Below, piece after piece: positions 37,773-48,405 of a DNA stretch of 64,000 bases; within the stretch, counting starts at the first letter, position 1; each line of letters starts with the position of its first letter. The notes under the pieces are model-generated. The model did not search any database and was not told the DNA's origin. It saw nothing but the letters and a program-made list of their open reading frames with translations. The position numbers and the translations under genes are program-made. The DNA comes from Spirochaetia bacterium (GTDB taxonomy: Bacteria; Spirochaetota; Spirochaetia; SZUA-6; Bin103): positions 224,001 to 288,000 of the forward strand of contig OZ241863.1 in NCBI GenBank assembly GCA_965203055.1, given 5' to 3'.

Positions 37773-38375
37773 TCAGCGCTCCGCGGCGGCGAGCAGTTCC
37801 CGGGTGAGTTCGACCAGCTTGTCGTGGGTCAGCAGGCCGGTCCACTTGTGGGTAACGCCGCCGTCGGGGGTCACGAACATCGTGGTCGGCATGCCCAGCA
37901 CCTGAAAGCGGCTCACCACCGAAGCATCTTCGGTCGTGCCGGCCGGGTAGGTGATTCCCAGGTCTTCCAGCAGCGCCTGCCCCTGCTCCACGCTGCCGAG
38001 GCCGGTGAACGGCCCCAGATCGATGCCCAGCAGCAGAATGCGGCCGGCAAACTGATCGTACACCTCCTGGAACTCGGGCATTTCGGCGCGGCACGGCGGG
38101 CACAACCCGGCCCAGAAGTTGAGCACCACCGGTTTGCCCTGGGCCAGTACGGCGCTGAATTGCACCCGTTCCCCGCCCAGCTCCGCGCCGCTCTGGTAGG
38201 CGACGATTTCGAAGTCGCCCACCTGCGGCAGGCCGGCGCTCGCCGGCCCGGAACCGGCCTCGGAGTCGGCATCGGCGCGCCCGCGGCTCCAGGCCGCCGG
38301 TACCAGCAGCGCCAGCAGCAGAACCGCCAGCGCGCCGCGGCGCAGCCCGCGCCGCCGGCGTGAATCCACTCTCAT
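37773..38375 (-). CDS. TlpA-family thiol-disulfide oxidoreductase
   Basis: GKPVVLNFWAGLCPPCRAEMP; signal peptide. Confidence 0.9.
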   Translation of the reverse strand: MRVDSRRRRGLRRGALAVLLLALLVPAAWSRGRADADSEAGSGPASAGLPQVGDFEIVAYQSGAELGGERVQFSAVLAQGKPVVLNFWAGLCPPCRAEMPEFQEVYDQFAGRILLLGIDLGPFTGLGSVEQGQALLEDLGITYPAGTTEDASVVSRFQVLGMPTTMFVTPDGGVTHKWTGLLTHDKLVELTRELLAAAER

Positions 38376-38391
38376 ACCTCCGCCCCTCGGA

Positions 38392-39183
38392 TCAGCGCGC
38401 CCGCGATTCCTGCGGGTGCTCGATCTCGCCCTGTTCGTAATCCTTCGGGCTCAACTCCTCCAGCGGCTGCGGCACGTTCCGCGCCTCGATGATGCCGGTG
38501 GTCTCGGTGTTGCCGTCGAAGGCGCACCAACGCACGCCGTTGGCCAGAACGTGGAGCACCTCCGGTTGATGGAAGATGGGATAGGTCTCGTGGCCGGGAC
38601 GGAAGTAGAACACCTTGCCGCGGCCGCGATGCCATACGGCGCCGCTGCGAAATACCTCGCCGCCTTCGAACCAGCTCACGAACAGCAGTTCGTCAGGCTC
38701 GGGGATGTCGAAGAACTCGCCGTACATCTCGGCGTTGGGGATTTCGATGAACCGCCCGCACCCCTTGGTGATGGGATGATTGGGGTTGACCACCCAGAGC
38801 CGCTCGCGCTCCGCCGCCTCGCGCCAGCACAACCCGCAACTGGTCCCCATCAAACGCCGAAAGATCTTCGAGAAATGCCCGGAGTGCAGCACGATCAGGC
38901 CCATCCCGTTGAGCACGCGCTCCTGTACGCGGTCGACGATCGCGTCGCGCACCTTGCGGTGGGCGGTGTGCCCCCACCAGATCAGCACGTCGGTGCGCGC
39001 CAGCACCTCCTCGGTAAGGCCGTGGTCCGCCTGCTCCAGGGTCGCGGTAGCCGCCTCCAGCCCCGGCTGCTGCCGCAGGTAGCCGGCAATCTGTTCATGA
39101 ATCCCTTGGGGATAGATGCCGCGCACGAACTCGTTGGTCTGCTCGTGCACGAACTCGTTCCACACCGTTACGCGAATAGCCAT
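38392..39183 (-). CDS. thuA: ThuA-family (trehalose utilisation) protein
   Basis: [29 protein letters not shown] and [11 protein letters not shown]. Confidence 0.9.
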   Translation of the reverse strand: MAIRVTVWNEFVHEQTNEFVRGIYPQGIHEQIAGYLRQQPGLEAATATLEQADHGLTEEVLARTDVLIWWGHTAHRKVRDAIVDRVQERVLNGMGLIVLHSGHFSKIFRRLMGTSCGLCWREAAERERLWVVNPNHPITKGCGRFIEIPNAEMYGEFFDIPEPDELLFVSWFEGGEVFRSGAVWHRGRGKVFYFRPGHETYPIFHQPEVLHVLANGVRWCAFDGNTETTGIIEARNVPQPLEELSPKDYEQGEIEHPQESRAR

Positions 39184-39369
39184 CCGCTCCTCCTTACGGC
39201 CGCCGCCCGCGGCCGTCCACGCGCTTTCGGCCGCCAGCATAGCACACCGCGCGGCGGCGGGGGACGGGACAATTGCGCCTTGAAAGGCGCGCCGGCAAGA
39301 GGATAGGGTTGCACCTAGGGACATGGCCCGGACGGCAACGGCCGCGGCGGGGCGCTCCGGGAGTTGGCG

Positions 39370-39912
39370 GTGATCGAGCATGCGCGCTTGCAGTTCAAGT
39401 GGCAGCGGCGGGTGCGGCGCAAGAGCCGGCTGGACTTCGCGCCGGGGTTGAACACCCTCGCCGGCCCCAACGGCTCCGGCAAGAGCACCATCATCAAGGC
39501 GCTGCTGCAGGGCACCGACTGCGAGCTGCGGTTCAAGGACAGCTCCGAGCGCCGGCTGTTCGATACCGAACTGATGAACCCGCGGGTGGTGTCCGCGCCG
39601 GCGCGCACCCCGGCCGAGATGGCGTTGCGCCTGCGCGGCAACTTCTCCTCTCACGGACAGATGATTCGTCACACCCTGGCCGCCCTGCCGGGCGGCCCGC
39701 GCGGCATGACCCTGCTGGTGGACGAGCCGGAAGCGGGCCAGGACTTCGCCGCGGTGCAACGGATGAAGCGCCTGATGGAAGCGGTATGCGCGCGCGGCTA
39801 CCAGATCATCGTCGCCTCCCATCACCCGGTGTTCTGGTTCGGCACCTGCCTGCTGGAGCTGGAACCCGGCTACACCCGCCGCGTTCTGGCGGCGCTGGCC
39901 GCCCTGCAGTAA
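39370..39912 (+). CDS. Small stand-alone ABC/AAA-type ATPase
   Basis: [14 protein letters not shown] signature, LLVDEPE and IIVASHH. Confidence 0.8.
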   Translation: MIEHARLQFKWQRRVRRKSRLDFAPGLNTLAGPNGSGKSTIIKALLQGTDCELRFKDSSERRLFDTELMNPRVVSAPARTPAEMALRLRGNFSSHGQMIRHTLAALPGGPRGMTLLVDEPEAGQDFAAVQRMKRLMEAVCARGYQIIVASHHPVFWFGTCLLELEPGYTRRVLAALAALQ

Positions 39913-39967
39913 TACCGGGCGGACGGCGCGCGCCGCCGGCGCAACCCCGTCCGCCGCGGCGCTCGGT

Positions 39968-41329
39968 TCAATCGCCGCGCCGGCCGGCGACCGGCCGCCG
40001 GGGAGGGGCGGCGCGCTGCCGGCCATCGGCCGCGGCGGCGCCGTCACCGTCAGCGCCGTCGCTGGCCGCGCCGGCGCCGGCGGGCGGATGATCCGCCGCG
40101 GCTGCGCCGGTCACCGCGCTCAGCACCTGCGAGGTGAGCCGCGCCTTCTCCTGTTCCACCGGATGCGGATGCACCATCGAGATCGGCGCGTGGGCGGCGC
40201 CGGTCCCGGAGACCACCGTCACGTGCCGCGCCGGAAACAGCGCCAGAGTCTGCGCGAACGGCTCGATGAACTTGTCGAAGTGCTCAATGAGGTACGCGGA
40301 GAACGCGGACCTGCCGCCGCTGCGGATGATGTCGATGGTGCGCGACAACTGGTCCAGCTCGGCCTGCGCGCGGCCGCGAATCTCCGCCGCCTGCGCCTTG
40401 GCCTGAGTCGCCAGCCGTTCCCGTTCCGCCTCCGCCGGGATCAGGATCTCGACCCGGTACTTCTCGCGCAGCATCTCGATGCGCTGCTCCTCGGCGCGAA
40501 TCTGGGCCTTGATCCCGGCCACCTGGGCCACCGCGTCGCGCTCCGCGCGCTGCACGCCGATGGCGCTGCGCTGGCCCTGCTGGGCAACGTCGACGCGGGT
40601 CTGGGCCAGCAGACTCTCCTTGGCGTTGGCCGCGTCCCGCACCGCGACCTCCGCGCGCCGCGTCTCCGACTCCTCCTTGGCCGCGGCGCGCGCCTGCGCC
40701 TGAGCGGCGCGCGACTGCGCTTCGGCGTTGGCCGACTGGATCCGCTTCAGCAGGGCGATGTACAACTCCGGCTCGCGCACCCCCTCCAGGCGGTGGTCGT
40801 CCACGTCGGCGATGTTCATCGCCGTGATCTCCAGACCGATCCCCGCCAGGTCGACCTTGCACACCCGGATCATGTTCTGCACCAGCCGGTCCTTGTCGGT
40901 CATCACCTCCTCCGGGGTCATGGTGGCGATGGAGTCGCGCAGATGGCCCTCGATGATGCCGGTCGCGATTCCGGTCAGCTCGCCCCAGTCGCGCGTCATC
41001 AGCAGGATGCGGCGAATCGCGTTGCGCAGCCCGTCGCCGGAGGAAGCGACGGCGAAGCTGACCGTGGCGACCACGGTAAGCGGCACGATCCCGGCGGCGA
41101 TTGCCGACTCCACGCGCACGCTGGTGGTGCGCGGGCGCATGTCCATGCGATAGAAACGGTGGATGAGCGGGAACACGAACACCCGCCCGCCGCGCACCGA
41201 GGAGAATCCCTGCCCCTGGCCGGCGACGATCGCCAACTCGTCGGCGCCCACGATCTTCATCTTGGTGATGAGCTGCAGGAACAGCGTAATGACCACGAGC
41301 AGCGCAAATACGATCACGAATCCGATCAT
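39968..41329 (-). CDS. SPFH/flotillin-like protein 2
   Basis: N-terminal [15 protein letters not shown]...MTPEE and an Ala/Glu coiled coil. Confidence 0.85.
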   Translation of the reverse strand: MIGFVIVFALLVVITLFLQLITKMKIVGADELAIVAGQGQGFSSVRGGRVFVFPLIHRFYRMDMRPRTTSVRVESAIAAGIVPLTVVATVSFAVASSGDGLRNAIRRILLMTRDWGELTGIATGIIEGHLRDSIATMTPEEVMTDKDRLVQNMIRVCKVDLAGIGLEITAMNIADVDDHRLEGVREPELYIALLKRIQSANAEAQSRAAQAQARAAAKEESETRRAEVAVRDAANAKESLLAQTRVDVAQQGQRSAIGVQRAERDAVAQVAGIKAQIRAEEQRIEMLREKYRVEILIPAEAERERLATQAKAQAAEIRGRAQAELDQLSRTIDIIRSGGRSAFSAYLIEHFDKFIEPFAQTLALFPARHVTVVSGTGAAHAPISMVHPHPVEQEKARLTSQVLSAVTGAAAADHPPAGAGAASDGADGDGAAAADGRQRAAPPRRPVAGRRGD

Positions 41330-42726
41330 GCCTTCACCTTCCCGCCGGAGCCGTCATGCTGGCTCAGCAATTCCTTGACGCTGATGCCGAACCCATCCTC
41401 GAACCGCTGCAGGAAGTCGACGAACGCCTCCGGGCCGCGGTTCAACAATCCGTTCATGCCGCGCTCGTCGTCCATGATCACCACGTTGTCCATCTTCACC
41501 TCGCGCGCGTAGCGCTCGTAGGCGCTGAACAGGTTGGGCAGCTGCTGCTGCACGAACAGCGCTACCTTGCCGACGTCGCCGGCGGTGGCGACCATCTTCG
41601 CCTTCTGGTCCAGGAGGTCGTTGTGCGTCGACTCTACCGTCTGCACCGCCTGGTTCTCGCCGTCCGCCAGGGTCTCCGCGGCGCGCCGCCTGGTGTCCGC
41701 CTCCAGGGTTATGTCGGAGACGTTCTTCAGCTTGCGCAGCTCGACGGCGATCTCCTGCACGGCGCGTTCGCCCTCGCTCTCGGCGCGGGCGATGCCGCTG
41801 TCCGCCTCCAGCCGGGTCTGTTCCACCTCGGCGGCGCAGTTGCGGCGCAGCACCTCCAGCTCCTGTTGCGCGGCGATGATCTTTTCGTCGGCGCTGTTCT
41901 CGGCCACCTGCTGGCGCCGATTGGCGTCCGACTCCGCCCGTTCCGCCTGCGCCTTCAGGCGCGCCTCCTCGATTTCCACCTCCTGCCGCTTCCGCGACAG
42001 GGTCTTGTTGGCCAGGTTGGCGATGTAGTTGGAGGTGTCCCAGATCTTCTGCAGCGACACCGACACCACCCGCATCCCGAAGGTGCTCAGGTCCTGATTG
42101 CTGTCGCGCAGCAGTTCGGCGCGGAACTGGGCGCGCTCCCCTTCCGCATCGTCGTCCGCGGCGGCGTCCGGCCGGACCTGGTCCGGCTGGACTTGCTCCG
42201 GCTGGACCAGGCGCACCAGGCTGCCGCCCTCGCCGGCGCGGTCGCGCTCCTCGACGCTCTCCACCATGCCGATGGCTTGCAGCGGGGTGGTCTTGTTCAG
42301 GGCGCCGCGGAAGTTGCCGACCATGGTCTGCTGGATCTGATCCTGGATCTCGGCGCGCGACTTGCCCATGAGGCGTTCCACGGCGGCGTACAGCAGGGTG
42401 TCGTCCTCGTGGTCGACGCAGACGCAGGCGGTGGCGTCGGCGCCGACCGTGATCCCGTTGGCGGAATTGACCCCCTCGACGCGCACGTCGATGGGAATCG
42501 TGCCCAGCCCCAGGCCCTGCACGCTCTGGAAGAAGGGGACGACGAAGGTCCAGCCGCCGCGCTGCAGGCGGAAGCCGTAGCTCTTGCCGCGAATCCGCGT
42601 CTTGGCGCCGGTCACCACCAGCACCTGGTCCGGCGGGCACACCCGGATCACCGAGCGCAGCAGCCCGATGAGCAGGAAGAAGACGACCGCCGCGCCTGCT
42701 CCGCCGGCGATAAATCCCTCTAACAT
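41326..42726 (-). CDS. SPFH/flotillin-like protein 1
   Basis: N-terminal TM, CPPDQVLVVTG, GGWTFVVPF and a coiled coil; SD GGAGG. Confidence 0.85.
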   Translation of the reverse strand: MLEGFIAGGAGAAVVFFLLIGLLRSVIRVCPPDQVLVVTGAKTRIRGKSYGFRLQRGGWTFVVPFFQSVQGLGLGTIPIDVRVEGVNSANGITVGADATACVCVDHEDDTLLYAAVERLMGKSRAEIQDQIQQTMVGNFRGALNKTTPLQAIGMVESVEERDRAGEGGSLVRLVQPEQVQPDQVRPDAAADDDAEGERAQFRAELLRDSNQDLSTFGMRVVSVSLQKIWDTSNYIANLANKTLSRKRQEVEIEEARLKAQAERAESDANRRQQVAENSADEKIIAAQQELEVLRRNCAAEVEQTRLEADSGIARAESEGERAVQEIAVELRKLKNVSDITLEADTRRRAAETLADGENQAVQTVESTHNDLLDQKAKMVATAGDVGKVALFVQQQLPNLFSAYERYAREVKMDNVVIMDDERGMNGLLNRGPEAFVDFLQRFEDGFGISVKELLSQHDGSGGKVKA

Positions 42727-43268
42727 GGTTCCTCCTTGCGTACGAAGACGCACTGGTCCGTTACTTGCGAAATGATGACGCGGTCATCCACCGCGAACCG
42801 TTGCTCTGCCTGCTCGGCGCGGGCGTAGCGCTCGGCGACGCTCTGGCCGAAGTGTACCCGCACCTTTCCCATGCCGCCGGCCGCAATCGGCACGATGACG
42901 GTGGCCGGTTCCAGCAACAGCTCCTCGTCCTGCAGCGTGGAGTCGAGCCGGGTGCGCTGGAAGCGAAAGAACAGCCGCGCCAGGGCCGCCGTCGCCGCGC
43001 CGCCGGCCAGCGCCCAGATCAGCCGGCCGGGGGCGCCGGAGCCGAACGCGCCCGCGGTCAGCCCGAAGGGACCGAACCCGAGGCAGAAGTAGACCGCGGT
43101 GCGGGCGCCGCGCAGGAACGACAGCACCGGCGCCCCCGAGGCGTCATCGTGGTGGCCGGCCTCGCCCTCCCCGGTTTCGTCAGCGCCGCCGCCGATCAGA
43201 CCAAGGAGGTCGATCACCGTCACGCCGCCGCCAAATATGGTTGCGAACCACAACAATCCCGTCAGCAC
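42720..43268 (-). CDS. NfeD-like membrane protein (flotillin partner)
   Basis: TM helices followed by the OB-fold-like ATVIVPIAAGGMGKVRV; lies directly upstream of the flotillins. Confidence 0.75.
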   Translation of the reverse strand: MLTGLLWFATIFGGGVTVIDLLGLIGGGADETGEGEAGHHDDASGAPVLSFLRGARTAVYFCLGFGPFGLTAGAFGSGAPGRLIWALAGGAATAALARLFFRFQRTRLDSTLQDEELLLEPATVIVPIAAGGMGKVRVHFGQSVAERYARAEQAEQRFAVDDRVIISQVTDQCVFVRKEEPC

Positions 43269-43506
43269 GCTGCTCCGCCTTCCCCTCCATAGTACGGTGC
43301 CGGACGCCGTGTGAACAGGTTGCGCCCGGCGCCAACTCGACTGCCGCTGCCGGCGCGGCTCGGCGCGAAAAAAAGCTGCAAAAAATGCTTGACTGGCACC
43401 GCTTCCATGATTAATTCGGTGGTACAAGTTCTCGCATCTTCATTTGCTTCACGTCGTTGGGTTTCTGCCGCCCCCGGGGCCCGTCGGGGGATTGAGGTGA
43501 TTGATC

Positions 43507-44640
43507 ATGGAGCACTCCATCAGGAGCCTGGTCGAACAGGGCGCCGCCGTGACGGCGGTCTGGCACGGCGGGGAGAAGACCAGCCTTCCCTACCTGTGGC
43601 TGCGCGACAACTGCGCCTGCAGCGCCTGCCGGGTCCTTCAGACCGCCGAGAAGCGGTTTCACATCTTCCGTGTTTCCAAAGATCTGCGGCCGCGGCAGGT
43701 GACGGTCGAACAGCCCGGAGGCCAGGCCGAGACGCTCGCCATCGTGTGGCCGGACGGGCACCGCACCCGCTATCGGAGCGGCGCCATCTACGATCTCACC
43801 CACCGCGCCGGCTGCCGCCTGCAATACTGGGACTGCAGCTTCCGGCCGCGCGCGTTCGACTACCGGCAGTTCCTGGCCGAAGACGCCACCGCCGCGGACC
43901 TGATCGAGGAGTTCCTGCGGACCGGCGCCTGCGTGCTCACCGGCGCGCCGACGGACCCTGATTCCGCGGAGCGGCTGGCGCCGCGCCTGGGCCCGGTGCG
44001 CGAGGTGGTATTCGAGCGCATCCACAACGTGGTGGTGGACCCGAACGGCTACAGCATCGCCCATACCGATCTCCCGATTGCGCCGCATAACGACTTTACC
44101 AGCTACAACTGGCCGCCAAGCGTGCAGGTACTGCACATGCTGGCGAACGAGTGCGACGGCGGCGAATCCTCGATCGTGGACGGCTTCGGCGTGCTCGCCG
44201 GGTTGCGCCGCGAACAGCCCGCGCTGTTCGACGTGCTGCGCGCGGTGGCGGTGCCGTTTCGGCTGGCGAGCGCGGCCGCGGAAAGCTACGCGGTCAACCC
44301 GATGGTGGAACTGGACAGCGCCGGCGGCGTGAGGATGATTCGCTTCAACACGCAGCAGATGCAGCCGGTGCCGCTGGAGGAGCCGCGGCTGGGCGCCTTC
44401 TACGCCGCCTACCACGAGCTGTCCACGCGCGTGAACGCGGCCGCCGCCCAGGCCTCCTTCCGGCTGCATGGCGGGCAGATGCTGCTGCTCGCGGGCCATC
44501 GCGTGCTGCACGGCCGCGCCGCGCTGCGCTCGGCCGGCAGGCGCCATCTGCAGGACGCCTACTTCGAGCATGACAACGTGCGCAATCACCTGACCCTGCT
44601 GCACCGCTGCGGGCGCATCCGGCGCCGCCCGCGCGGCTGA
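43507..44640 (+). CDS. TauD/TfdA-family dioxygenase (gamma-butyrobetaine/trimethyllysine hydroxylase-like)
   Basis: WLRDNCACSAC zinc domain, PHNDF (HxD), GGESSIVDG and RVLHGR. Confidence 0.88.
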   Translation: MEHSIRSLVEQGAAVTAVWHGGEKTSLPYLWLRDNCACSACRVLQTAEKRFHIFRVSKDLRPRQVTVEQPGGQAETLAIVWPDGHRTRYRSGAIYDLTHRAGCRLQYWDCSFRPRAFDYRQFLAEDATAADLIEEFLRTGACVLTGAPTDPDSAERLAPRLGPVREVVFERIHNVVVDPNGYSIAHTDLPIAPHNDFTSYNWPPSVQVLHMLANECDGGESSIVDGFGVLAGLRREQPALFDVLRAVAVPFRLASAAAESYAVNPMVELDSAGGVRMIRFNTQQMQPVPLEEPRLGAFYAAYHELSTRVNAAAAQASFRLHGGQMLLLAGHRVLHGRAALRSAGRRHLQDAYFEHDNVRNHLTLLHRCGRIRRRPRG

Positions 44641-44760
44641 CTCCCGGCGCGCCCGCCGCGGCGCGCCCATCGACACGCCGCGCGCGCCCGGTCTACCCTG
44701 CGGCGGCAGCGGGGCGCGGCCGGCGCCTCCATACGACTTCCCCAAAGGTGGACTTATCAG

Positions 44761-45558
44761 ATGCGGATCGAACGATACACTCAGGGCGTGCCTTGCTGGG
44801 TCGACCTGGCGACGACCGATCAGGACGCGGCCAAGACGTTCTACGGCGGCCTGTTCGGCTGGAGCTACGAGGACGTGCCGATGGACCAGGAGGGGCAGCA
44901 GCACTACAGCATGGCGCTCCTCGCTGGCCGCTACGCCGCGGCGGTCTTCACCCAGCAGCAGGAGCAGCGGCAAATGGGCATTCCCCCGTGCTGGAACGTG
45001 CACCTGACCGTGGAGGATGTCGACGCCACCGCAGGGCGCGCCGGCGAGCTCGGGGGGAAGGTCGTCATGGCGCCGCTCGACGTGTTCGATGCGGGGCGCA
45101 TGGCCATCATCAGCGACTCCACCGGCGGCGTGGTCACGCTCTGGCAGCCGCGCCGGCACTGCGGCGCGGGCGTGAAGTACGAGCCGGGCGCCATCGCGTG
45201 GTGTGAACTGATGACCACCGATCCCGACGCCGCGGCCAGTTTCTACACCGGGCTGCTCGGGCTGGACACCGACCGCCAGACCATGGAGCACGGCGTGGAG
45301 TACACCGTACTGATGGCCGCCGGCGAGCCGGCCGCCGGCATCATGGCGCTGCCGGACGAACTGCGCGCCATGCAGATCCCGCCGCATTGGAACGTCTATT
45401 TCCAGGTCGCCGACGTGGATGCAACGGTAGCCGCGGTCACCGCCGCGGGCGGCGCGGTCAACATGCCGCCCACCGACATCGCCACCGTCGGGCGCGTTGC
45501 CTTCGTGCGCGACCCGCAGGGCGCCGGCGCCGGGCTGATGACTCCCGAGACCACCTGA
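44761..45558 (+). CDS. VOC/glyoxalase-family protein (two domains)
   Basis: PCWVDL...FYGGLFGW and WCELMT...FYTGLLG; WNVYFQVADVD. Confidence 0.9.
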   Translation: MRIERYTQGVPCWVDLATTDQDAAKTFYGGLFGWSYEDVPMDQEGQQHYSMALLAGRYAAAVFTQQQEQRQMGIPPCWNVHLTVEDVDATAGRAGELGGKVVMAPLDVFDAGRMAIISDSTGGVVTLWQPRRHCGAGVKYEPGAIAWCELMTTDPDAAASFYTGLLGLDTDRQTMEHGVEYTVLMAAGEPAAGIMALPDELRAMQIPPHWNVYFQVADVDATVAAVTAAGGAVNMPPTDIATVGRVAFVRDPQGAGAGLMTPETT

Positions 45559-45561
45559 CCC

Positions 45562-46149
45562 ATGAGCCAAACGTCCACCCCGCGCGCCGCCGCGGCGCAG
45601 GTCGACCCCCTGTTCATCGACCGCTGGTCGCCGCGCTCGTTTGCCGCCGAGCCGCTGAGCGATTCCGAGATCGCCTCGATGTTCGAGGGCGCGCGCTGGA
45701 CGCCCTCCTCGTTCAACGGCCAGCCGTGGCTGTTTCTCTACGAGACCGACGGCCCCGCGCGCCCGCTGTTCGACTCGGTGCTGATGCCCGGCAACCGCCT
45801 GTGGGCGTCCAAGGCGCCGCTGGTCGGCTTCATCTACGCCAACACCAGGCTCCCCGACGGCCGTGAGCCGCCCACCGCCCAGTTCGATACCGGCGCGGCG
45901 TGGATGGCGCTTGCGCTGCAGGCGCGGCTGCTGGGCATCTATACGCATGCGATGGCCGGGATCGACCGCGGCGCGGCGCACGCCAAGCTGGGCGTCGACG
46001 CCGAGCGCTACACGGTGATGTGCGGCTTCGCCGCCGGCAGGATCGGTCCGCGCGCGGCGCTGCCCGCCGAATTGCAGCAGCGCGAGCAGCCGAGCGACCG
46101 CAAGCCACTTGCCGAAATCGCCCACAAAGGCGCGTTCGGAGCAAGCTGA
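45562..46149 (+). CDS. Nitroreductase family protein
   Basis: RWSPRSF, PSSFNGQPW and FDTGAAW. Confidence 0.9.
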   Translation: MSQTSTPRAAAAQVDPLFIDRWSPRSFAAEPLSDSEIASMFEGARWTPSSFNGQPWLFLYETDGPARPLFDSVLMPGNRLWASKAPLVGFIYANTRLPDGREPPTAQFDTGAAWMALALQARLLGIYTHAMAGIDRGAAHAKLGVDAERYTVMCGFAAGRIGPRAALPAELQQREQPSDRKPLAEIAHKGAFGAS

Positions 46150-46170
46150 GCGGGCCGCCGGGCGCGACAA

Positions 46171-48405
46171 GTGAACACCGCACGGCCCGAACGCCCCAAC
46201 GTCGTATTCATCCTCACCGACGATCAGGGGCCGTGGGCCGCCGGCTGCTACGGCAACCGCGAGCTGCGCACTCCCAACATCGACCGCCTGGCGGCGACCG
46301 GGATGCGCTTCGACAACTTCTTCTGCGCCTCTCCGGTGTGCTCGCCGAGTCGGGCGTCGTTCCTCACCGGGCTGATGCCCTCCGCCCACGGCGTGCACGA
46401 CTGGATCCGCGGCGGCAATTACGGCGCCGGCGCGGCCACTTATCTCCGGGGGCAGACCGGCTACAGCGACCTGTTGGCGCAGGCGGGATGGAGCTGCGGC
46501 ATGAGCGGCAAGTGGCACCTCGGCAACAGCGTCCTGCCGCAGCACGGCTTCAGCCACTGGTTCGTGCACGAGAAGGGCGGCGGCCCCTATCGCGGCGCTC
46601 CCATGATCCGCAACGGCGAGCGGTTCAACGCCCCCGGCTACGTGACCAACGTGATCACCGACGATGCCCTCGGCTTCATCGACCGGCACGCCGCCGGCCC
46701 CGCCCCGTTCTACCTGAGCGTGCACTACACGGCGCCGCACAGCCCGTGGACCGGCCATCCGCAGGAAATCGTGGACAGCTACGACGACTGCCCGTTCGCC
46801 TCCTGCCCGCAGGAGGAGACCCATCCCTGGGCGGGGTCGCTGACGCGGAGCTGCCTGGGCAACCGCGAGATGCTCAAGGGCTACTTCGCCGCGGTCACCG
46901 CCATGGACCGCGACGTGGGCCGCATCCTGGAGCGGCTGGAGCGGCATGGCATTCGCCGGCGCACGCTGGTGGTGTTCACCAGCGACAACGGGTTCAGTTG
47001 CGGGCACCATGGCTTCTGGGGCAAGGGCAACGGGACCTTCCCGCTCAACATGTACGACAACTCGATCAAGGTGCCGTTTCTGGTCAGCCAACCGGGGCGG
47101 GTCCCGGCGGGGCGCGTGGTGGGCGGGCTCTACAGCGCCATCGACTTCCTGCCGACGCTGCTGGCGTACGCCGGCGTCGACCTGCCGGCGGCGCTGCGGC
47201 GGCGCCGCGCCGGGCGCTCCTTTGCCGGACTGCTGGAGGGCGGCGCGGCGCCGGCCCGCGACCGGGTGGTGATCTACGACGAATATGGCGCCACCCGCAT
47301 GCTCCGCACCGCCGAGTGGAAGTACGTGCGGCGCTATCCGGTTGCGGGCGGCCGCGGCGGGCCGCGCGAGGGCGGGCCGCACGAGCTGTACGACTTGGTG
47401 AACGACCCGCACGAGCGCGTCAACCGGGCGCGCGACCGGAACCAGCAGCGCCGCATCCGCGAACTGGGCGGCCTGCTGGAGAGCTGGTTCGCGGAGCAGG
47501 CGGCGGCGCAACGCGACGGGCGCCACCTGCCGGTCGCCGGGGGCGGGCAACTGCGCCCGGTGGGCGGCGCCTGGGAAGACGGCTCCCCCGCCTTCACGGA
47601 GCACTTAAGGCGCGCCTCGGCTGCTACAGCGGGGGCTCCCACGCCGGCGTCACTCGATGGCGTACAGGTTGCCGTCGTGGGAGCCGAGGTAGATCGCGCC
47701 GCCGGCTACCGCGGGCGAGGCGGTGATCTTGCCGCCGGTGGCGAACTCCCAGCGGCGGGCGCCGGTGGCGGCGTCCAGGGCGTACAGCGCGCCATCCTCC
47801 GAGGCGACGAACAGGGTGCCGCTCAGCAGCGCCGGCGAGGAACTGATCCGCCCGCCGGCGGTGAACTCCCAGCGCGCCGCGCGTTCCTCCAGGTCGAGGG
47901 CCACCAGGCGGTCGTCCGCGGCCGCGTAGACGGCGCCGTCGGCCACCACCGGGGAGGCGCCGGCGTCGCCGCCCAGCGGGCGCCGCCAGCGGAAGCCGGA
48001 CGGCGGCCGGGGGGTGGGCACCGGCAAGCCGAAGGCCCAGAGTTGCAGCCAGTAGGGCCTGAGGCGGTGTTCGATCGGCCAGTTCCGGGCCGCCGCGTCG
48101 ATCGCGTACAGATCGCCGCGCGCCGTGGCGGCGTACACCGTTCCGCCGTGTACCGCCGGCGACGAGAGGACCGGCGCGAAGGTCTTGAAACTCAACCGCC
48201 GCCGGCCGTCGCGCGCGTGCAGCGCGTACAGATACGGAGTCGAGGAACCGACGTAGAGGATGCCGCCGGCGATCACCGGCGACGAATCGACGCGGCCATT
48301 GGCGGCGAACTCCCAGCGCTGCGCGCCGCTCACGGCGTCGACCGCGTACACCGTGTGGCCGCCGGTGCCGAAGTATACCACTCCGTCGGCGACCGCCGGC
48401 GATGA
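46171..48405 (+). CDS. Cys-type sulfatase (domain ends near 47605; the ORF then reads through antisense into the next gene)
   Basis: PNVVFILTDDQG, CSPSRASFLTG, GKWHLG, TSDNG and ELYDL..DPHE. The last ~265 codons look like an antisense shadow. Confidence 0.85.
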   Translation: MNTARPERPNVVFILTDDQGPWAAGCYGNRELRTPNIDRLAATGMRFDNFFCASPVCSPSRASFLTGLMPSAHGVHDWIRGGNYGAGAATYLRGQTGYSDLLAQAGWSCGMSGKWHLGNSVLPQHGFSHWFVHEKGGGPYRGAPMIRNGERFNAPGYVTNVITDDALGFIDRHAAGPAPFYLSVHYTAPHSPWTGHPQEIVDSYDDCPFASCPQEETHPWAGSLTRSCLGNREMLKGYFAAVTAMDRDVGRILERLERHGIRRRTLVVFTSDNGFSCGHHGFWGKGNGTFPLNMYDNSIKVPFLVSQPGRVPAGRVVGGLYSAIDFLPTLLAYAGVDLPAALRRRRAGRSFAGLLEGGAAPARDRVVIYDEYGATRMLRTAEWKYVRRYPVAGGRGGPREGGPHELYDLVNDPHERVNRARDRNQQRRIRELGGLLESWFAEQAAAQRDGRHLPVAGGGQLRPVGGAWEDGSPAFTEHLRRASAATAGAPTPASLDGVQVAVVGAEVDRAAGYRGRGGDLAAGGELPAAGAGGGVQGVQRAILRGDEQGAAQQRRRGTDPPAGGELPARRAFLQVEGHQAVVRGRVDGAVGHHRGGAGVAAQRAPPAEAGRRPGGGHRQAEGPELQPVGPEAVFDRPVPGRRVDRVQIAARRGGVHRSAVYRRRREDRREGLETQPPPAVARVQRVQIRSRGTDVEDAAGDHRRRIDAAIGGELPALRAAHGVDRVHRVAAGAEVYHSVGDRRR

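Noticed and set aside
43410..43500. Riboswitch in the TauD-family leader
   Set aside because: Only a short GC hairpin (CCCCCG...CGGGGG) is visible; no recognisable aptamer.
43411..47604. 1397-aa minus-strand ORF, and similar long ORFs such as 4962-7922, 14372-17149, 24451-26835 and 30184-32556
   Set aside because: Antisense shadows of well-supported genes in high-GC DNA, with no protein motifs.
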